Assembly (NCBI GenBank): GCA_026706595.1
Contig: JAPOYL010000013.1
Location: 75,705 to 139,704 of the forward strand
Reading direction: 5' to 3'
Source of the DNA: Gammaproteobacteria bacterium
GTDB lineage: Bacteria; Pseudomonadota; Gammaproteobacteria; UBA4575
DNA length: 64,000 bases
The notes beneath the pieces were generated by a model that saw only the letters and a program-made list of their open reading frames with translations, searched no databases and was not told where the DNA came from. This document shows, piece after piece, positions 42,223 to 58,072 of this stretch (position 1 is the stretch's first letter; the number at the start of each line of letters is the position of its first letter). Made by a program: the position numbers and the translations under genes.

Positions 42223-42365
42223 ACGCGTCTCCGATCAGTCCCCGAAACCGGATGTTCTAAAGAGCCTCGATCTGCAAGTGTATAAAGTGCGCGGTTTCTC
42301 CACCCGGCAGAGCCTGGAACCGGACACCCCGGTCATTGGAGGATCCTGACAATACGGTCAGCGGT

Positions 42366-44297
<1,932 letters not shown>

Positions 44298-44518
44298 GAA
44301 CTACCTCGTAGTCTGGATTCAAATCCCTTTAATGCTTAACTATACCGTGATTCTGCCACTCGATGCACCTGTTGTGTACATACCATCACAGAACCACCTG
44401 TATGCAAATCAATACCTTACAGAACCAGTGCCCTGCCCTGATACTACTATATTTGGGGCAGATTCACCTAAAACAAGGAAGATTTCGCTGACAGGCTTCG
44501 GGCCCTGTCCAAAATCTG

Positions 44519-45004
44519 CTATTCGGCGTCTCCGTAATGCACTTCAACCACTTCGTAGTCCCTGTGTCCTGCCGGGGCCTCCACCGTGATGACATCCCCC
44601 TCCTCCTTGCCGATCATGGCCCGGGCGATCGGTGAGGAAATGGACACCATGCGCTGCTTGATGTCGGCCTCGTCCTCACCCACGATGGTGTAGGTGGACT
44701 CTTCACCCGTGGACTCATCGGCGAGCACGACGGTGGCGCCGAACGTGACCCGCCCGCCCGACTGGAGCTTGCTGACATCAATGATCTCCGCACTGGAAAG
44801 CTTGCCCTCGATATCCTTGATCCGTCCCTCGACGAACGCCTGCTGTTCGCGGGCTGCATGGTATTCCGCATTCTCCCTGAGGTCGCCATGCGCGCGCGCA
44901 GTAGCAATCGCCTCAATGATTTGAGGCCGCTTCACTGATTTAAGTTCCTGCAATTCTTTGCGCAGCAGTTCTGCGCCACGCACTGTGAGTGGAACCCTGT
45001 CCAT
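44519..45004 (-). CDS. greA: Transcription elongation factor GreA
   Basis: 161 aa: ..[31 protein letters not shown].. Confidence 0.95.
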   Translation of the reverse strand: MDRVPLTVRGAELLRKELQELKSVKRPQIIEAIATARAHGDLRENAEYHAAREQQAFVEGRIKDIEGKLSSAEIIDVSKLQSGGRVTFGATVVLADESTGEESTYTIVGEDEADIKQRMVSISSPIARAMIGKEEGDVITVEAPAGHRDYEVVEVHYGDAE

Positions 45005-45036
45005 ACTGAAACCCCGAACTGTGAAATGTGGGCGTG

Positions 45037-48279
<3,243 letters not shown>

Positions 48280-48283
48280 GGGT

Positions 48284-49423
48284 TCACCGGGAGGCCTGGT
48301 AGTTTTTCATCATGGAGACAAACTGCTCGAACAGGGGGCGGACATCCTGGGGGCCGGGGCTTGCTTCCGGATGCCCCTGAAAACCGTAGGCGGGTTTTTG
48401 CACGTGCCGAAGGCCTTGCAGGGACCGGTCGAACAGCGAGCGGTGAGTAGCCTGCAAGCAGTCCGGCAAGGTGTCTTCATCGACCGCGAATCCATGGTTC
48501 TGGCTGCTGATCATCACCGAGCCGGTGTGCAGGTCCTGCACGGGATGGTTGGCACCGTGATGGCCGAACTTCATCTTGACCGTGCTAGCACCGCATGCCA
48601 GGCCGAGCAACTGGTGCCCAAGACAAATCCCGAAGATGGGCACGTCCTGGTGAAGAATTTCCTGAATGGCCTGGATTGCATAGTCACATGGCTCCGGATC
48701 ACCGGGACCATTGGACAGGAAAACACCATCAGGCTTTCGCCCAAGCACTTCCTCGGCGGTCATGGTCGCAGGCACCACCTCGATGGAGCAACCGTGTTCG
48801 TGCAGGATGCGCAGGATATTGCGCTTCACTCCGAAATCGTAGGCAATCACGAAATACTGCGGCTTCACAGAAGCCGCCGGCCCACTTCCAGGACCGGACC
48901 AGCAGCCTTCATTCCATCGGTAGGGCGCTTTTGTCGTGACCTCGCGTGCCAGGTCCATGCCTTTCAGGCCCGGGAAACCCCGCGCCGCTTCCAGGGTCTT
49001 GGCAGCGTCGATCTCGCCGGCCGCAATCGCGCCATTCTGTGCACCCTTCTCACGCAGCACCCGGGTCAGGCGGCGGGTGTCGATATCCGCAATCCCGACA
49101 ATGTTGTGGTGGATGAGGTACTCGGACAAGCCGGTGTCGGCGCGCCAGTTACTGGCCTGCTCAGGGAGGTCCCGGATCACCAGCCCGCTGGCATGGATTC
49201 CACCGGATTCCTCGTCTTCGAGATTAGTGCCGACGTTGCCGATGTGCGGGTAGGTCAGTGTGATGATCTGCCGCGCGTAGGAGGGGTCAGTGAGAATCTC
49301 CTGGTAGCCGGTGATGGAAGTGTTGAAAACCACCTCTCCGGTGGAGAGACCTGCAGCGCCAATTGATTTCCCCCAAAATAGAGTCCCGTCTTCCAGGGCA
49401 AGCAAGGCGGGCTGCAAATTCAA
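48284..49423 (-). CDS. carA: Carbamoyl-phosphate synthase small subunit
   Basis: Glutaminase Cys motif [11 protein letters not shown]. Preferred start is the TTG at 49423, which has GGAGGA upstream (6-nt spacer). The track ORF starts at 49462 with a non-homologous extension. Confidence 0.93.
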   Translation of the reverse strand: MNLQPALLALEDGTLFWGKSIGAAGLSTGEVVFNTSITGYQEILTDPSYARQIITLTYPHIGNVGTNLEDEESGGIHASGLVIRDLPEQASNWRADTGLSEYLIHHNIVGIADIDTRRLTRVLREKGAQNGAIAAGEIDAAKTLEAARGFPGLKGMDLAREVTTKAPYRWNEGCWSGPGSGPAASVKPQYFVIAYDFGVKRNILRILHEHGCSIEVVPATMTAEEVLGRKPDGVFLSNGPGDPEPCDYAIQAIQEILHQDVPIFGICLGHQLLGLACGASTVKMKFGHHGANHPVQDLHTGSVMISSQNHGFAVDEDTLPDCLQATHRSLFDRSLQGLRHVQKPAYGFQGHPEASPGPQDVRPLFEQFVSMMKNYQASR

Positions 49424-49607
49424 ACAGTTTCCTCCGGCTACACATAAAAACGGGACGCGCATCCAGGCCGTCCCGTCGGGAAATCATCAGTGCTTTGGGT
49501 TGACCGGCCCGATTGTACTGAACTCGGGCAGGTTTCGGAACCGGAAATTTAATCGCAAATCTCTCTCGGGGCCGCAGGAACTAAGCCGGTTGCCCTTAGT
49601 AATTGGC

Positions 49608-49835
49608 CTATCCGCCCCCAATGAGTGCGGCACCGATCGCGGCCAGCACCCACTCGTACCATTTCAGCACGGATTTGTTTCTATTGGCATACAACTCGTC
49701 CACGTAGCACACCTTGTCCAGCAGTTCCTGCGGCCCATTGATCAAGATCTCATCCGGGTTGACTTCAACGCTCAGGCCCTTGGGCACTCGCAGGACCCTG
49801 CCAGTGGATATTTCCTGGAAGTATCGGTATCTCAC
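49608..49835 (-). CDS. Hypothetical small protein (75 aa) with a C-terminal hydrophobic segment
   Basis: GTG-start ORF directly after the lipoprotein gene remnant. No recognisable motif. C-terminus WVLAAIGAALIGGG. Confidence 0.3.
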   Translation of the reverse strand: MRYRYFQEISTGRVLRVPKGLSVEVNPDEILINGPQELLDKVCYVDELYANRNKSVLKWYEWVLAAIGAALIGGG

Positions 49836-49842
49836 CCGGAAT

Positions 49843-50114
49843 CACTGTCCCTGCTTGATAAAGCTGCCCTCGAAGAACCCGATTGAACCATCCGTTTCCT
49901 AGAAGGCGGCGGAGATGTAGCCCATGAGCAAGCAAAGCTCGCCTGTGGGTGCAGGTCTGCTTGGTAGGTGCCCGCCGATATGGCTCTCGGTGTAGACGGG
50001 GAGGCGGCTCGTGTGTACGACGGTTGGTGCGTTTTCTGAGTAGAACGTGCCATTTTTGCGTCAACTCATGAGGCCGTAGTGCAGTTCGTAGCCTGAGAGG
50101 TCAGCAATCCCTGC
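49843..50114 (-). pseudogene. Remnant (C-terminal ~90 codons) of a third TbpB-like lipoprotein paralog
   Basis: Three reading segments separated by a TGA plus frame change and by an in-frame TAG: AGIADLSGYELHYGLMS*, RKNGTFYSENAPTVVHTSRL..MGYISAAF* and ETDGSIGFFEGSFIKQGQ*. They align with ADPSGYELHFGPVGWREDGTIYQETMTVMHRS.. and EEADGSLGRFNGSFEALLQ of the 51411-52370 protein. Confidence 0.7.
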
Positions 50115-51206
50115 CTACTCATACTGCTTAGTGGATCCATAGTGCGCCCCCACGAAAAGTGCAGTACTTCCGCTTTCACTGATCCCGAAACCGCGGTGTA
50201 CTCCAGCGACCGCCCTGGGGAAGCCGTCGGCATCGTCCACTTCCGAAAAGCGCCCTGCCCACGACCCGCCGGTGTCAACGAAGTTGATGGCTGGGTGACT
50301 GAGCGTGATGTCGTCGCCGAAGAACTGGCCCGCACTGTCGAACGATGTCGCTGGCATGTCGAGCATGTAGCCTGTGGGAGTCAAAGTCCGGTTTTCCCGG
50401 GCCTCGCCGCCAGGAAAGAGCACGGACTCATAGGTGAATTCCACGTCTCGAACCTGCCCTGAGACCATGCTGGTGTCGAAGTCCGCAAACATCGTGAACA
50501 CGCCCTGGAATTCGCCAGCGACTGTCGTGCCTACAGGATAAGGCAGTCCCGGGCCGTAGGTGGCTACGTAAAAACCGGCAGAACGGCCCGTGTACGTGGC
50601 TCTGCCGGAGGCCGGCACGGTGATCGCCTCGTTATATTCCGGGCCGTCCATGAATGCCCCGAACTCTATGCCAGAGGTCCCGGTATCTGCATGGATCCAG
50701 TAACCGGCTGCCAGATAGTTCGTGAAGTCATCGTCCTCCCACTCGATGAACGTGCCCATGATGGTCCATCCGGAATCCGTGGTGGACAGGGTATGGGCCT
50801 GCACCGCATCGCGGTTGGACAGCAGGTTCTGTTCCGGGGTGAGATTTACGCCCACTGCATACGTTGCAGTATCGGTATCCACGATGGACGAGGAGCCATC
50901 CTGGCGGTTGAGTTCAAGCACGAACTGCTCGCCATCGAATGACGTATCGAAGCTTTCGACATCCGCAAGGCTGTTGGTGTAGGAACTCATCACGCTGCCC
51001 TGGTCACCTCCCTCTCCGAACACCGGAGCACCGCCTACCTGCTGGGTGAGGCCGATGATTTGCTCGGAAACTTCGCCAAAACCGGAAATCTCCGTCTCCG
51101 TACCCTGTGAGAAGGCGGTCTGCCTGGGGTCCATGGGGCTGCCTCCGCAGGCGCAGAGAAACAATGAAAACAGGATGACAGCGTGCTTGTTCATGATTTT
51201 CCTCAC
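50115..51206 (-). CDS. Lipoprotein, TbpB/fHbp-like beta-barrel family (paralog 1)
   Basis: 363 aa. Lipobox LFLCAC followed by GGSP. WEDDDFTNYLAAGYW, then ASGRATYTGRSAGFY..MFADFDTSMVSGQV, matching the lP.gG.AtY.G...DF...G pattern of TbpB-like handle/barrel domains. Confidence 0.65.
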   Translation of the reverse strand: MRKIMNKHAVILFSLFLCACGGSPMDPRQTAFSQGTETEISGFGEVSEQIIGLTQQVGGAPVFGEGGDQGSVMSSYTNSLADVESFDTSFDGEQFVLELNRQDGSSSIVDTDTATYAVGVNLTPEQNLLSNRDAVQAHTLSTTDSGWTIMGTFIEWEDDDFTNYLAAGYWIHADTGTSGIEFGAFMDGPEYNEAITVPASGRATYTGRSAGFYVATYGPGLPYPVGTTVAGEFQGVFTMFADFDTSMVSGQVRDVEFTYESVLFPGGEARENRTLTPTGYMLDMPATSFDSAGQFFGDDITLSHPAINFVDTGGSWAGRFSEVDDADGFPRAVAGVHRGFGISESGSTALFVGAHYGSTKQYE

Positions 51207-51368
51207 ATCATCTGGTGTTGTTCGAATGGGTGCGTTGTGCCGGGAAAGGCTGGGAGAATGATATAACTGCCGTGACCGGCAAATGCAAGTGCCTCATTTT
51301 TCGCGTAGCGCCTAGATCAGTCGGCGAATATCAATGTCTGCTATCCCTGCTGCACCACCCTGAACGTA

Positions 51369-51408
51369 TAAAAAAGCGGTCCCCTGCAGCGGGGGCGCTA
51401 ACCCGCTT
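51369..51408 (-). terminator. Rho-independent terminator downstream of lipoprotein paralog 2
   Basis: On the minus strand: AAGCGGGTTAGCGCCCCCGCTGCAGGGGACCGCTT followed by a short T-run. Outer stem AAGCGG/CCGCTT, inner stem CCCC/GGGG. Confidence 0.6.
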
Positions 51409-51410
51409 CT

Positions 51411-52370
51411 TCATTCGGGCTTCTGCAGTAGGGCCTCAAAGGAACCGTTGAAGCGTCCTAATGAGCCGTCCGCTTCCTCAAAGTCCGCTTCGTAGAGTCC
51501 CGCTGTCAGCCGAGGCTCACCTGTCTGCACCGGGCGGTTCGAGAAATACGCCCCGAAGACACCCACGGACCCTGCGATCGTTCGGCTTCTGTGCATGACG
51601 GTCATGGTTTCCTGATAGATCGTGCCGTCCTCGCGCCAGCCGACAGGACCGAAGTGCAGCTCGTAACCTGACGGGTCTGCCCGCGGAGTAGCTGCAGCGG
51701 TTTGCGACTGCAGCAGGGAGGCGATATGCACCTCACCAGCGGTAATCTCCCCGGTACATCCAATACAGCCCTGCACGACTCCGGCATCAAAGTCTGCTGT
51801 CAGCTGTACGGGTGCCAGGAACTCGGCAAACATGTAGTGCCTTGCATATCCTACGGCTTCTATGTACTGGAACAGCCCGGACGAAATACCGGCATACGTG
51901 GCAGTACCTGTGACCGGCAGGACCGGAGGGTTGGTGGGATCAATCTCGGGGCCATCGATGAAATACACGAGACGATCTGCCGTGAACAGATCCACTTCCT
52001 CCTCATCTTGCGGGAATACCGACCACCATCCGCCTGCGAGGTAGTCCGTCGGGTCGTTGTTGTCCCAGCTGATTATCACGTAGGCCATCTGCGTGCCTTC
52101 AGCCTCGGGCCTGACCATCAGCCACGACTGCGCAACATGGCCGGGAATCCGTGCCGGGATAGGTGTACTCTGCACCGTGTGCTCTTCGCTGTTGATCTTG
52201 TAGGTTCTGCCTCCGCGTTCCTCAACGATCTCGACCTTCCCGCCACTGAAAAAGGTGGTATCGCGGTAGAAATTGATTTGCTCCGGAGGTGGTGGGGGTT
52301 CTCGGTGAGGACTGCCTCCACAGGCAGACAGAACGCACAGGAACAATACACAGGTGAATGCTGGTCTCAT
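51411..52370 (-). CDS. Lipoprotein, TbpB/fHbp-like beta-barrel family (paralog 2)
   Basis: 319 aa. Lipobox VLSAC followed by the same GGSP. WDNNDPTDYLAGGWW, VTGTATYAGISSGLF..LTADFDAGVVQG. Colinear with paralog 1. Confidence 0.65.
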   Translation of the reverse strand: MRPAFTCVLFLCVLSACGGSPHREPPPPPEQINFYRDTTFFSGGKVEIVEERGGRTYKINSEEHTVQSTPIPARIPGHVAQSWLMVRPEAEGTQMAYVIISWDNNDPTDYLAGGWWSVFPQDEEEVDLFTADRLVYFIDGPEIDPTNPPVLPVTGTATYAGISSGLFQYIEAVGYARHYMFAEFLAPVQLTADFDAGVVQGCIGCTGEITAGEVHIASLLQSQTAAATPRADPSGYELHFGPVGWREDGTIYQETMTVMHRSRTIAGSVGVFGAYFSNRPVQTGEPRLTAGLYEADFEEADGSLGRFNGSFEALLQKPE

Positions 52371-52717
52371 GGGGACTGCCTCTTGTTGTTATGGGGTCCG
52401 GCAAAGGTGCCGGGCCTTTGCTAACAACGGTCGAGAACAAGAAGTCCCTGCTCATTCACCCAGGCACCGGGAACGACCCAATGCCATGAAGGACTATGGT
52501 ATTTGGCAGGTAACCGACTTGGCGAGATTCCCAGCCGACGTTAGCAGGGGGCACTATACCACCTGCTTTACCAGTCGTTAATTATTTTGGCAGGACTATG
52601 GGGAAAGACAGGTTCAGAGGATGCGCGAGAACAGCAAAACGCGTTCGCCCTTAACCCAGGCGTCGAAGCTGCCTGAAAGCCTTCCTTGCACCTTACCCGA
52701 CTCCGTGAAGGCCGGGT

Positions 52718-53077
52718 TTATTTCTGAAATACCAGATAGGCTGCAAGGCCCACCAGGATGACCGCGAAGATTTTCTTGAAGTTTGCCGTGGCGACATGCT
52801 CAAGCAGGTACGGGCCGATCTGTGCACCCAGCAACCCGCCGAGGCCAAGGGCAATCGCCACCCGGTAATCCACATTGTCGAGCCGACCGTGCGCAAACAG
52901 CGCCGACAGCGAGATGATCAGGATTGCCAGAAACGAGGTGCCAACCGCCTTTTGCGCGGTATATCCGAGGGTGATGAGCAACGGCACCATCAAAAATCCG
53001 CCGCCCAGCCCCGTAAATGATGCACCTACCCCGACCAAGATGCCGGACAAGATGAATAACGTATAGTTCAGAGCCAT
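52718..53077 (-). CDS. TauE/SafE (TSUP) family membrane protein, half-size (119 aa)
   Basis: GVGASFTGLGGGFLMVPLL and LGGLLGAQIG motifs. Four hydrophobic segments instead of the usual roughly eight. Confidence 0.7.
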   Translation of the reverse strand: MALNYTLFILSGILVGVGASFTGLGGGFLMVPLLITLGYTAQKAVGTSFLAILIISLSALFAHGRLDNVDYRVAIALGLGGLLGAQIGPYLLEHVATANFKKIFAVILVGLAAYLVFQK

Positions 53078-53189
53078 TGATCGCCTCCCCGGTCAAAGTC
53101 TTTCGTTATGACGACAGGCCCTGACCTGCTAGAGGCCCGTCATGCTACCCGGGGCTGCAGCGCACCCCAGTAGTGGCTGGCAGGCAGCG

Positions 53190-53990
53190 CTAGATCTCCA
53201 GCACATCCCGCATGTCGAAAAGTCCCGGACCGCGGCCTGACACCCAAGCGGCAGCGCGCAAGGCTCCCCTGGCAAAGTTCATCCGGCTGGAAGCACGATG
53301 TGTGACTTCGATGCGTTCGCCCTCCCCGGAGAACATGACCGTGTGCTCACCCACAATGTCCCCGGCCCGGATGGTTTCAAAACCAATGGTTTTACGGTCG
53401 CGCTTGCCGGTATGGCCATGCCGGCCAAAGACCGCGCAGTCCGCCAGCTTTCGCCCGAGACGCTCAGCCACCACTTCACCCATGCGCAATGCGGTTCCTG
53501 AAGGCGCATCCACCTTGTGGCGGTGGTGTGCCTCGATAATCTCGATGTCGTAGTCATCGCGCAGGGTATCGGCAGCTACCTGCAACAGCTTCAGGCACAC
53601 GTTCACCCCGACGCTCATGTTCGGTGCGTAAACGATGGAGATGTCCTCGCTGGCCTGCTGCAGTTCCTGTACCTGGTGCTCGTCCAGGCCAGTCGTGCCG
53701 ATGACCATGGATTTGCCATGCCTGCGACAACTGTCCAGTGACCGCATCGTGCATTCGGGCACGGTGAAGTCGATCAGGATGTCGAAATCCCTGCATTGAC
53801 TTTCGAGGTCATGGCTGATGATCACGCCCGTAGCCCCTACCCCGGCCACCTCTCCGGCATCGCGCCCGATCGAGTCTGCCGCGGACGCCTCGAATGCGGC
53901 ACCCAGGCGAGTCCGTTCATCTTCCACACAGGCCTGCACCAGCGTCTTTCCCATTCGACCCGCAGCCCCATTGATCCCAAGCGTAAGCAT
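53190..53990 (-). CDS. dapB: 4-hydroxy-tetrahydrodipicolinate reductase
   Basis: Start at ATG 53990 ([14 protein letters not shown], the NAD-binding loop). [15 protein letters not shown] motif. The track ORF has an 18-codon N-terminal extension. Confidence 0.95.
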   Translation of the reverse strand: MLTLGINGAAGRMGKTLVQACVEDERTRLGAAFEASAADSIGRDAGEVAGVGATGVIISHDLESQCRDFDILIDFTVPECTMRSLDSCRRHGKSMVIGTTGLDEHQVQELQQASEDISIVYAPNMSVGVNVCLKLLQVAADTLRDDYDIEIIEAHHRHKVDAPSGTALRMGEVVAERLGRKLADCAVFGRHGHTGKRDRKTIGFETIRAGDIVGEHTVMFSGEGERIEVTHRASSRMNFARGALRAAAWVSGRGPGLFDMRDVLEI

Positions 53991-54113
53991 TCCACTGTCC
54001 CCACGAAATATCACTCGCACGATTATACATTCCGTGCCGCACAAGCGGTGCGGTCACTTTCCATGGGTACTGGGGATACGATGCAGGGATGTCCGGACCA
54101 GTCGCAGACGCGA

Positions 54114-55241
54114 TTAATGCGACCAGAACTTGAGCTCGTCAAAGAAACTTTTCACGTCATCGGTCCAGGAATGTGAGCGCGGGCTGTGGCGGTTCCCGCC
54201 CTTGTCGACGTCCCGGGAGAATTTCTCAAGCAATTCCTTCTGGTGCTTGCTGAGGTTGACGGGGGTCTCGACGACGATCGAGCAGATCAGATCGCCCGGT
54301 GTGCTGCCACGCACGGGCCGCACGCCCTTGCCGCGCAGGCGAAACAGCCGTCCGGTCTGGGTTTCGGCTGGAACCTTGAGCTTGACCTTGCCTTTCAGGG
54401 TGGGAACTTCCACCTCGCCACCCAGCGCAGCCATGCTGAAACTGATTGGAACTTCACAGTGCAAATCACTGTTTTCTCTTGTGAAAAGCTCATGGGGACG
54501 CACATAGATCTGTACGTAGAGATCCCCCGGAGGGCCGTTGTTCGTGCCCGCTTCACCCTCACCTGACAGGCGAATCCGGTCACCGCTGTCGACACCTGCC
54601 GGCACCTTCACGGAGAGCTTTTTCGTGACACGCCTTCGCCCGGTGCCGCGGCAATAGTCACACGGCACCCGGATGGTCTTGCCCTGGCCGCGGCATCGGG
54701 GACAGGTTTGCTGGATCGAAAAAAAGCCCTGCTGCATGCGGACCTGACCTGCACCGCCACAGGTGCTGCATTCTTCTACCGAGGTGCCCGGTGCCGCCCC
54801 GGAACCGTCGCATTCCGTACAGGTGGACTGGCGCGGGATCTCCAGGGTCGACTCGGTCCCGAACACCGCCTCCTCCAGGCTGATCTCAAGGTCGTGCTGG
54901 AGATCGGAACCCCGGTACACGCGCTGCGAGGAACCGCGGCCTGTGCCAAAGATGTCGCCAAAAATATCGCCGAAAATGTCACTGAAATCCGCGGTGCTGC
55001 CGGCGGTTCCGCCCTGCACCCCGGCATGGCCGAACTGGTCATAGGCCTGGCGCTTGCGGGCATCGCCCAGAATCTCGTAGGCCTCTTTCGCTTCCTTGAA
55101 CTTTCGTTCGGCCTCCCGGTCCCCGGGGTTGCGGTCCGGATGGTATTTCATGGCAAGCCGGCGGTACGCCTTTTTCAGCCCGTCCGCATCCGCGGAGCGG
55201 TCAACGCCAAGGACTTCGTAATAATCTCTCTTGCTCATCAC
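54114..55241 (-). CDS. dnaJ: Molecular chaperone DnaJ
   Basis: 375 aa. J-domain HPD ([10 protein letters not shown]), Gly/Phe region, four CxxCxGxG repeats ([32 protein letters not shown]). Confidence 0.97.
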   Translation of the reverse strand: MMSKRDYYEVLGVDRSADADGLKKAYRRLAMKYHPDRNPGDREAERKFKEAKEAYEILGDARKRQAYDQFGHAGVQGGTAGSTADFSDIFGDIFGDIFGTGRGSSQRVYRGSDLQHDLEISLEEAVFGTESTLEIPRQSTCTECDGSGAAPGTSVEECSTCGGAGQVRMQQGFFSIQQTCPRCRGQGKTIRVPCDYCRGTGRRRVTKKLSVKVPAGVDSGDRIRLSGEGEAGTNNGPPGDLYVQIYVRPHELFTRENSDLHCEVPISFSMAALGGEVEVPTLKGKVKLKVPAETQTGRLFRLRGKGVRPVRGSTPGDLICSIVVETPVNLSKHQKELLEKFSRDVDKGGNRHSPRSHSWTDDVKSFFDELKFWSH

Positions 55242-55259
55242 CTATCCGAAAATACGAAA

Positions 55260-55287
55260 GTCCGGGTTCGACCCAACGAACCCGGAC
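55260..55287 (-). terminator. dnaK-dnaJ intergenic hairpin (possible attenuator or partial terminator)
   Basis: 11-bp arms GTCCGGGTTCG / CGAACCCGGAC with a 6-nt loop. On the minus strand it is followed by TTTCGTATTTTCGG. Confidence 0.4.
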
Positions 55288-55376
55288 CCCCGGAACTCCC
55301 TGATTCCGTATCAGGAAAAAAACGTGTTATGCAGCGCTACAGGTACCGGCGAACCGTACCCGGGCGCACACCAGTC

Positions 55377-57323
55377 TCAGGATTTCTTGCCGTCGTCCAC
55401 TTCCTCGAACTCGGCGTCAACCACATCCTCCTGACCGGCGCCACCTCCAGCATTGGTCGCACCACCCGGGTCTGCAGACGGTGCATCGGCACCGGCGGCA
55501 CTGGCCTCGGCATACATGCGCTCGGCCAGCTTGCCCGAGGCCTCGGCCAGGGCCTGGGTCTTGGTTTCGATGACCTCCTGGTTGTCCTTGTCCAGCACAT
55601 CCTTCAGGTCCTTGATGGCATTCTCGATCTGCAGGCGCTCTTCCTGCTCGACCTTGTCACCCATCTCCGCCAGGGATTTCTCCGTGGCATGGATCATCTG
55701 GTCTGCCTGGTTTCTCGCACCCACGAGCGCGCTGAACTTCTTGTCCTCTTCCGCATGCGCCTCGGCGTCCTTGACCATCTTTTCAATCTCGTCATCGGAC
55801 AGGCCGCTGGATGCCTTGATCACGATCGACTGTTCCTTTCCGGTGGCCTTGTCCTTGGCGGACACGTTCAGGATGCCGTTGGCATCAATATCGAAGGTCA
55901 CCTCGATCTGGGGCATGCCGCGCGGGGCCGGCGGAATGTCCGTCAGGTCAAAGCGCCCCAGCGACTTGTTCGCCGTCGCCTGCTCGCGCTCCCCCTGCAG
56001 TACATGCACGGTGACGGCCGTCTGGTTGTTCTCCGCCGTCGAGAATACCTGCTGGGCATTGGTCGGGATCGTGGTGTTTTTCTCGATCAGCCGGGTCATC
56101 ACCCCGCCCAGGGTCTCGATCCCCAGCGACAAAGGCGTGACATCAAGCAACAGCACGTCCTTGACGTCACCGCCCAGGACACCGGCCTGAATGGCAGCTC
56201 CCACGGCCACGGCCTCGTCCGGGTTGACGTCCTTGCGTGGCTCCTTGCCGAAGAAGTCCTGTACCACCTGCTGCACCTTCGGCATCCGGGTCTGTCCACC
56301 GACAAGGATGACGTCGTTGATATCGGAGGCCGACAGGTTGGCATCCTGCAGGGCCTGCTTGCAGGGCGCGATGGTGCGCTGCACCAGCTCTTCCACCAGT
56401 GCTTCGAGCTTGGCCCGCGTGACCTTGATGTTCAGGTGCTTGGGTCCGGACTGGTCTGCCGTGATATAGGGCAGGTTCACTTCCGTTTGCTGGCCGGATG
56501 ACAATTCGATCTTGGCCTTCTCGGCCGCTTCCTTCAGACGCTGCAGGGCCAGCGGGTCATTGTGCAGGTCAAACCCCTGGTCCTTCTTGAACTCGTCGGC
56601 CAGGTAGTCGATCAGGCGCATGTCGAAATCCTCACCGCCGAGGAAGGTATCGCCGTTGGTGGACAGGACCTCAAACTGGTGTTCGCCGTCGACTTCCGCA
56701 ATTTCAATGATCGAAATATCGAACGTGCCACCACCCAGGTCATACACTGCAATCTTGCTGTCCCCGCGCTTCTTGTCCATGCCGTAGGCCAGGGCTGCGG
56801 CCGTCGGCTCGTTGATGATCCGTTTCACATCGAGGCCTGCGATCTTGCCGGCATCCTTGGTGGCCTGGCGCTGCGAGTCATTGAAGTAGGCCGGCACGGT
56901 AATAACGGCCTCGGTGACGTCTTCGCCCAGGTACTCCTCAGCCGTCTTTTTCATTTTCATCAGGATGCGTGCGGAGATTTCAGGCGGTGCCATCTTGTCA
57001 CCCTTGGCCTCGACCCAGGCATCGCCGTTGTCCGCACGGATGATCTTGTAGGGCACCAGCTTGATGTCCTTTTGCACGGCATCTTCCTCGAAGCGCCGGC
57101 CGATCAGGCGTTTGATTGCGAACAGGGTGTTGGCAGGATTGGTGACGGACTGGCGCTTGGCCGACTGGCCGACCAGAGCCTCGTTATCTTCCGTGAAAGC
57201 GACGATGGAGGGCGTGGTTCGATCACCCTCGCTGTTCTCGATCACCTTGGGCGTTGTGCCTTCCATGACGGCCACGCATGAATTGGTGGTACCTAAATCA
57301 ATACCAATGATCTTACCCATCAT
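55377..57323 (-). CDS. dnaK: Molecular chaperone DnaK (Hsp70)
   Basis: 648 aa. [26 protein letters not shown] C-terminus. Confidence 0.98.
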   Translation of the reverse strand: MMGKIIGIDLGTTNSCVAVMEGTTPKVIENSEGDRTTPSIVAFTEDNEALVGQSAKRQSVTNPANTLFAIKRLIGRRFEEDAVQKDIKLVPYKIIRADNGDAWVEAKGDKMAPPEISARILMKMKKTAEEYLGEDVTEAVITVPAYFNDSQRQATKDAGKIAGLDVKRIINEPTAAALAYGMDKKRGDSKIAVYDLGGGTFDISIIEIAEVDGEHQFEVLSTNGDTFLGGEDFDMRLIDYLADEFKKDQGFDLHNDPLALQRLKEAAEKAKIELSSGQQTEVNLPYITADQSGPKHLNIKVTRAKLEALVEELVQRTIAPCKQALQDANLSASDINDVILVGGQTRMPKVQQVVQDFFGKEPRKDVNPDEAVAVGAAIQAGVLGGDVKDVLLLDVTPLSLGIETLGGVMTRLIEKNTTIPTNAQQVFSTAENNQTAVTVHVLQGEREQATANKSLGRFDLTDIPPAPRGMPQIEVTFDIDANGILNVSAKDKATGKEQSIVIKASSGLSDDEIEKMVKDAEAHAEEDKKFSALVGARNQADQMIHATEKSLAEMGDKVEQEERLQIENAIKDLKDVLDKDNQEVIETKTQALAEASGKLAERMYAEASAAGADAPSADPGGATNAGGGAGQEDVVDAEFEEVDDGKKS

Positions 57324-57383
57324 ATATCTCCAAAAAAATCCGGTATCCGGTCAGATAGCTCGTTGAATCTCGTGTTTGTATGA

Positions 57384-57411
57384 ATATAGGGTCAATTTCC
57401 GGCATTTCAAG
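57384..57411 (-). promoter_or_regulatory. Sigma-32 (RpoH)-type heat-shock promoter upstream of dnaK
   Basis: The minus strand reads CTTGAAA-N13-CCCTATAT, versus the consensus CTTGAAA-N13/14-CCCCATNT. It lies about 60 nt upstream of the dnaK ATG. Confidence 0.6.
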
Positions 57412-57455
57412 GCCACCGATACCCCTTGTGTGAGTGTGGATGAGCGGGGAATCCG

Positions 57456-58022
57456 TCAGCCGCTGGATTCCTCCGGCGCCCTGGAGACGATCACCATGGC
57501 TGGGCGCAGCAGTCTCTCGTGCAGAGTATACCCCTTTTGCATGACCCGGATGACCGTATTCGGCTCGTGCTCATCGCTCTCCTCCGTGGTCATGGCCTGA
57601 TGCAGGTTCGGATCAAAGGCCTCCCCGATGGGATCCACTTCCTCGATGGCAAACTTCTGCAAGGCACTGGTCAGCACTTTCAGGGTCAGCGCAGAACCCT
57701 CCTGAAGCTTGGCCGCGTCCACCTCTCCCGCATCCAGGCCCAGTTCCAGGCTGTCCTTCACCTGCAGCAACTCGCCGGCAAACTTTTCGATCGCGTACTT
57801 GTGTGCATTCGAGACGTCGCGCTCGGCGCGCTTTCGCAGGTTCTCCATCTCGGCCTGCACGCGCATCCACTTGTCGTGGTTCTCGACCACCTGCTTGCGG
57901 GCCGCCTCCAGTTCGTCGTGCAGCGAAACCTCCTCAGTGCCGGCGCCATTTGGGTCAACCGGTTCCTGTGCCGCTTGCTCCTGCGCTTCGGCCGGGTCAG
58001 GTTTTTTTACAGTATCAGTCAT
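57456..58022 (-). CDS. grpE: Nucleotide exchange factor GrpE
   Basis: 188 aa. Coiled-coil N-terminus, then KFAIEEVDPIGEAFDPNLHQAM..GYTLHERLLRPAMV. Confidence 0.95.
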   Translation of the reverse strand: MTDTVKKPDPAEAQEQAAQEPVDPNGAGTEEVSLHDELEAARKQVVENHDKWMRVQAEMENLRKRAERDVSNAHKYAIEKFAGELLQVKDSLELGLDAGEVDAAKLQEGSALTLKVLTSALQKFAIEEVDPIGEAFDPNLHQAMTTEESDEHEPNTVIRVMQKGYTLHERLLRPAMVIVSRAPEESSG

Positions 58023-58072
58023 AATTCAGCATGCCATTGAAAACAGCTCGTCTGGAAACAGCATTATGTGGG

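Noticed and set aside
51254-51268. Fur-box-like GAGAATGATATAACT upstream of lipoprotein paralog 1
   Set aside because: Only about 11/19 matches to the GATAATGATAATCATTATC consensus, by my count. This is too weak to call.
54708-56501. 597-aa plus-strand ORF
   Set aside because: It is antisense to dnaJ and dnaK and has no motifs, so this is a shadow ORF.
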